DNA of 63,479 bases, counting the filler, from Octopus bimaculoides (Eukaryota): assembly GCF_001194135.2 (NCBI RefSeq). It is 8 parts of 6 records of this genome, joined end to end, with 100 filler letters (N's around TTAATTAATTAA, not from the genome) between each part and the next. Parts side by side here need not be neighbours in the genome. Positions count along the whole stretch, not along the records: positions 59,910 to 63,479 come from NC_068991.1; 7 more parts are not named here. One strand, given 5' to 3'. The number at the start of each line of letters is the position of its first letter. The first letter of the stretch is position 1. Made by a program: the position numbers and the translations under genes. The notes below the pieces were generated by a model. That model searched no databases. It was not told where the DNA came from and worked only from the letters and a program-made list of their open reading frames with translations. Shown one piece after another: positions 61,550 through 63,479 of the stretch.

Positions 61550-61600
61550 TACTTACTACGATACATGTTTCGACCCACTCTGGGTCTCTTCGGGTACATA
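61550..61600 (-). ncRNA. Hammerhead-like motif, core CCGAAGA
   Basis: TAC-CCGAAGA-[GACCC agagt GGGTC]-GAAAC-atgtatc-GTA-GTA; perfect 5-bp stem II. Confidence 0.6.
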
Positions 61601-61939
61601 AATAAATAAAAAATAAAAAGTCTTACTAGAGATCTTCTGATTCGGTTTTACGTACATACACATGCACACACACATACACACATATAAATGTATATCAATG
61701 GGCTTCCACTCAGTTTCCCTCTACCAGATTCCCTCCCAAGCATGGGGGACACTTGCCTAAGGTGGTCCAAGGTGGCGTGCATTGAAGACTGAATCCGAAA
61801 CCATGCAGTTGCAAAGCGATCTTCTTAATATTATAGTCGTGCCTTATCGCTGAGAATTCATAAAAATTTAAGCCGGAGACGATATTACTGAAATTGGAGA
61901 GAATGAAATGGAGAGGACGATATTAATGAAATGGCATTT

Positions 61940-62540
61940 AAGCATCTTGCCAGCTCTCCTCACTCGGGAGTTTCTCGCCAAAAACAACATGGCGTCGCTT
62001 CCGCACTCGCCCTATTCGCCAAATTTAGTACGTATGGACTTCCATCTCATTTAGCACCGTTGACGTGATCAAGAACGAATCGCAGTAGGTACTCAACTCG
62101 CTTACGGAAAACGACTTCCAGGCCGGATTCCAAAAGTAGTAGGAAAGCTGAGGCCGGTGTATTGCTGCGCAAGGTTATTATTTTGAAGGAGATTATGTTA
62201 AAACTTAGGTAAATAAGTTATATTTTATTAAACATAACTAGTTCGGGAGCCTGTTGATTTCATCTCGTGGATAACTTATTTCAGTCGTAGAAGCGAGTAA
62301 CTGAACAGAATAACCGTAGAAAATGAATACCTGTTGGAAAGAAAGGATCCACCACAAGGTCCATTCCTTGTTGGCGTTGGACGGATCTGCCTGTGAGCCG
62401 AGTCTGGAGTGATGATCGCACCACCGCCCTCCTTCAATCGAGCAGGCAAGGCAGTTTTCCTTTGCCCAGTGGCCGTGGCGAAAGAGGTTGTTTGACGGAC
62501 AAGGTTGAAAGGTATAAGGACAAATACATTCCTCTTTGGT
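61940..62540 (-). mobile_element. Highly decayed Penelope-like remnant
   Basis: KRNVFVLIPF...STVILFSYS resembles the PLE linker RNIIWFNPPF...NTVKLSYS; weak downstream match. Confidence 0.35.
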
Positions 62541-62544
62541 AGAG

Positions 62545-62975
62545 CTTGAATTGACTTCTTCAAGTTTCACTTGAAAATGAAACTGAAAGTGGAGAGGGAA
62601 ATTCTGTCCTCGAGTGAGTTTATTGAAAGATGGGTGAAAGTTGCAAAAATGGCAAGAGTGGATGGTACTTCTCTAAGTGTAGACCCATGAATTGGAGAGA
62701 AGGAAATGTAGAGGACAGTTGCTCTTGGAGTTTCAGGGGAATATTGGACCGTGGGGTTCCTCGATTATCCTTAGAGGCCTTCCTGTATCTTTATCATCCA
62801 CCCCGACACTTTTTTCTTTGACCCTCGTATGCTTCTTTTTCAGTGTATAAAGTGTATACTTTCTTCCTGTCATTTCTTTTCTTCCCCATCATTTCATTAT
62901 TATATGTAAACCTCCACACTTTATGTGTCTTTCTATTATCCCTTTCATCCTTCGCCCCTGTGGCAAATAAATGAA
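62545..62975 (+). mobile_element. L1/Tx1-like LINE 3' end
   Basis: FHLKMKLKVEREILSSSEFIERWVKVAKMARV, then a pyrimidine-rich 3' UTR and AATAAA. Confidence 0.6.
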
Positions 62976-63009
62976 ATCATCATCATCATCAGCATCATCA
63001 TCATCATCA

Positions 63010-63044
<35 letters not shown>

Positions 63045-63254
63045 GTTCAGTAGTTTTATTTTTATAACGTGCTTTCACTTCACTACCGAGCGCAGCTCTG
63101 TGCTCCTTGGGTATGTGCTGTGGTTTGCTGTGGTGCTCTTNNNNNNNNNNNNNNNNNNNNNNNNNNNNNNNNNNNNNNNNNNNNNNNNNNNNNNNNNNNN
63201 NNNNNNNNNNNNNNNNNNNNNNNNNNNNNNNNNNNNTATTATTATTATTATTAC

Positions 63255-63290
<36 letters not shown>
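62975..63290. repeat. (CAT)n/(TAT)n tracts flanking a probable LINE 3' tail on minus
   Basis: Visible triplet runs. Confidence 0.8.
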
Positions 63291-63413
63291 GCTATGAAGT
63301 AAATGATCGAATTTCACTTTTATCTCTTTTACACACATTTTTGCCACATTACCATCACTAGTTTACTTATACGCTATCTTTTATCTGCCTGGATATACAC
63401 ACACTTATATACA

Positions 63414-63473
<60 letters not shown>

Positions 63474-63479
63474 CATATA

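Overview
AT-rich, microsatellite-dense, heavily gapped eukaryotic draft scaffold. The SINE families and repeat landscape suggest an octopod cephalopod, probably Octopus (inference from recognised repeats, not a database result). No complete protein-coding gene can be read directly. Almost all ORFs in the supplied track are microsatellite or N-gap artefacts. The window is mostly decayed mobile DNA: several tRNA-derived SINE families; RTE, R4/Dong-, CR1/L2- and Tx1-like LINE 3' ends; at least five Penelope-like remnants; a Gypsy integrase plus 3' LTR; mariner, Tc1, Tigger and hAT remnants and MITEs; and a 1.8-kb TA-flanked foldback element. Splice-signal evidence, all low to moderate confidence, suggests a minus-strand multi-exon gene (about 34.6 kb down to 13 kb) and a divergent plus-strand gene starting near 35 kb. 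The most interesting signals are (i) hammerhead-ribozyme motifs, mostly next to Penelope remnants, several sharing a non-canonical core, (ii) a 670-bp minisatellite built from overlapping NF-kB/STAT/ETS-like sites, (iii) an unidentified intronless ORF that becomes continuous when the foldback insertion is removed, and (iv) tandem Tigger/CENP-B HTH fragments. Seven TTAATTAATTAA islands inside 100-bp gaps are synthetic assembly spacers. All translations, counts and alignments were done by eye.
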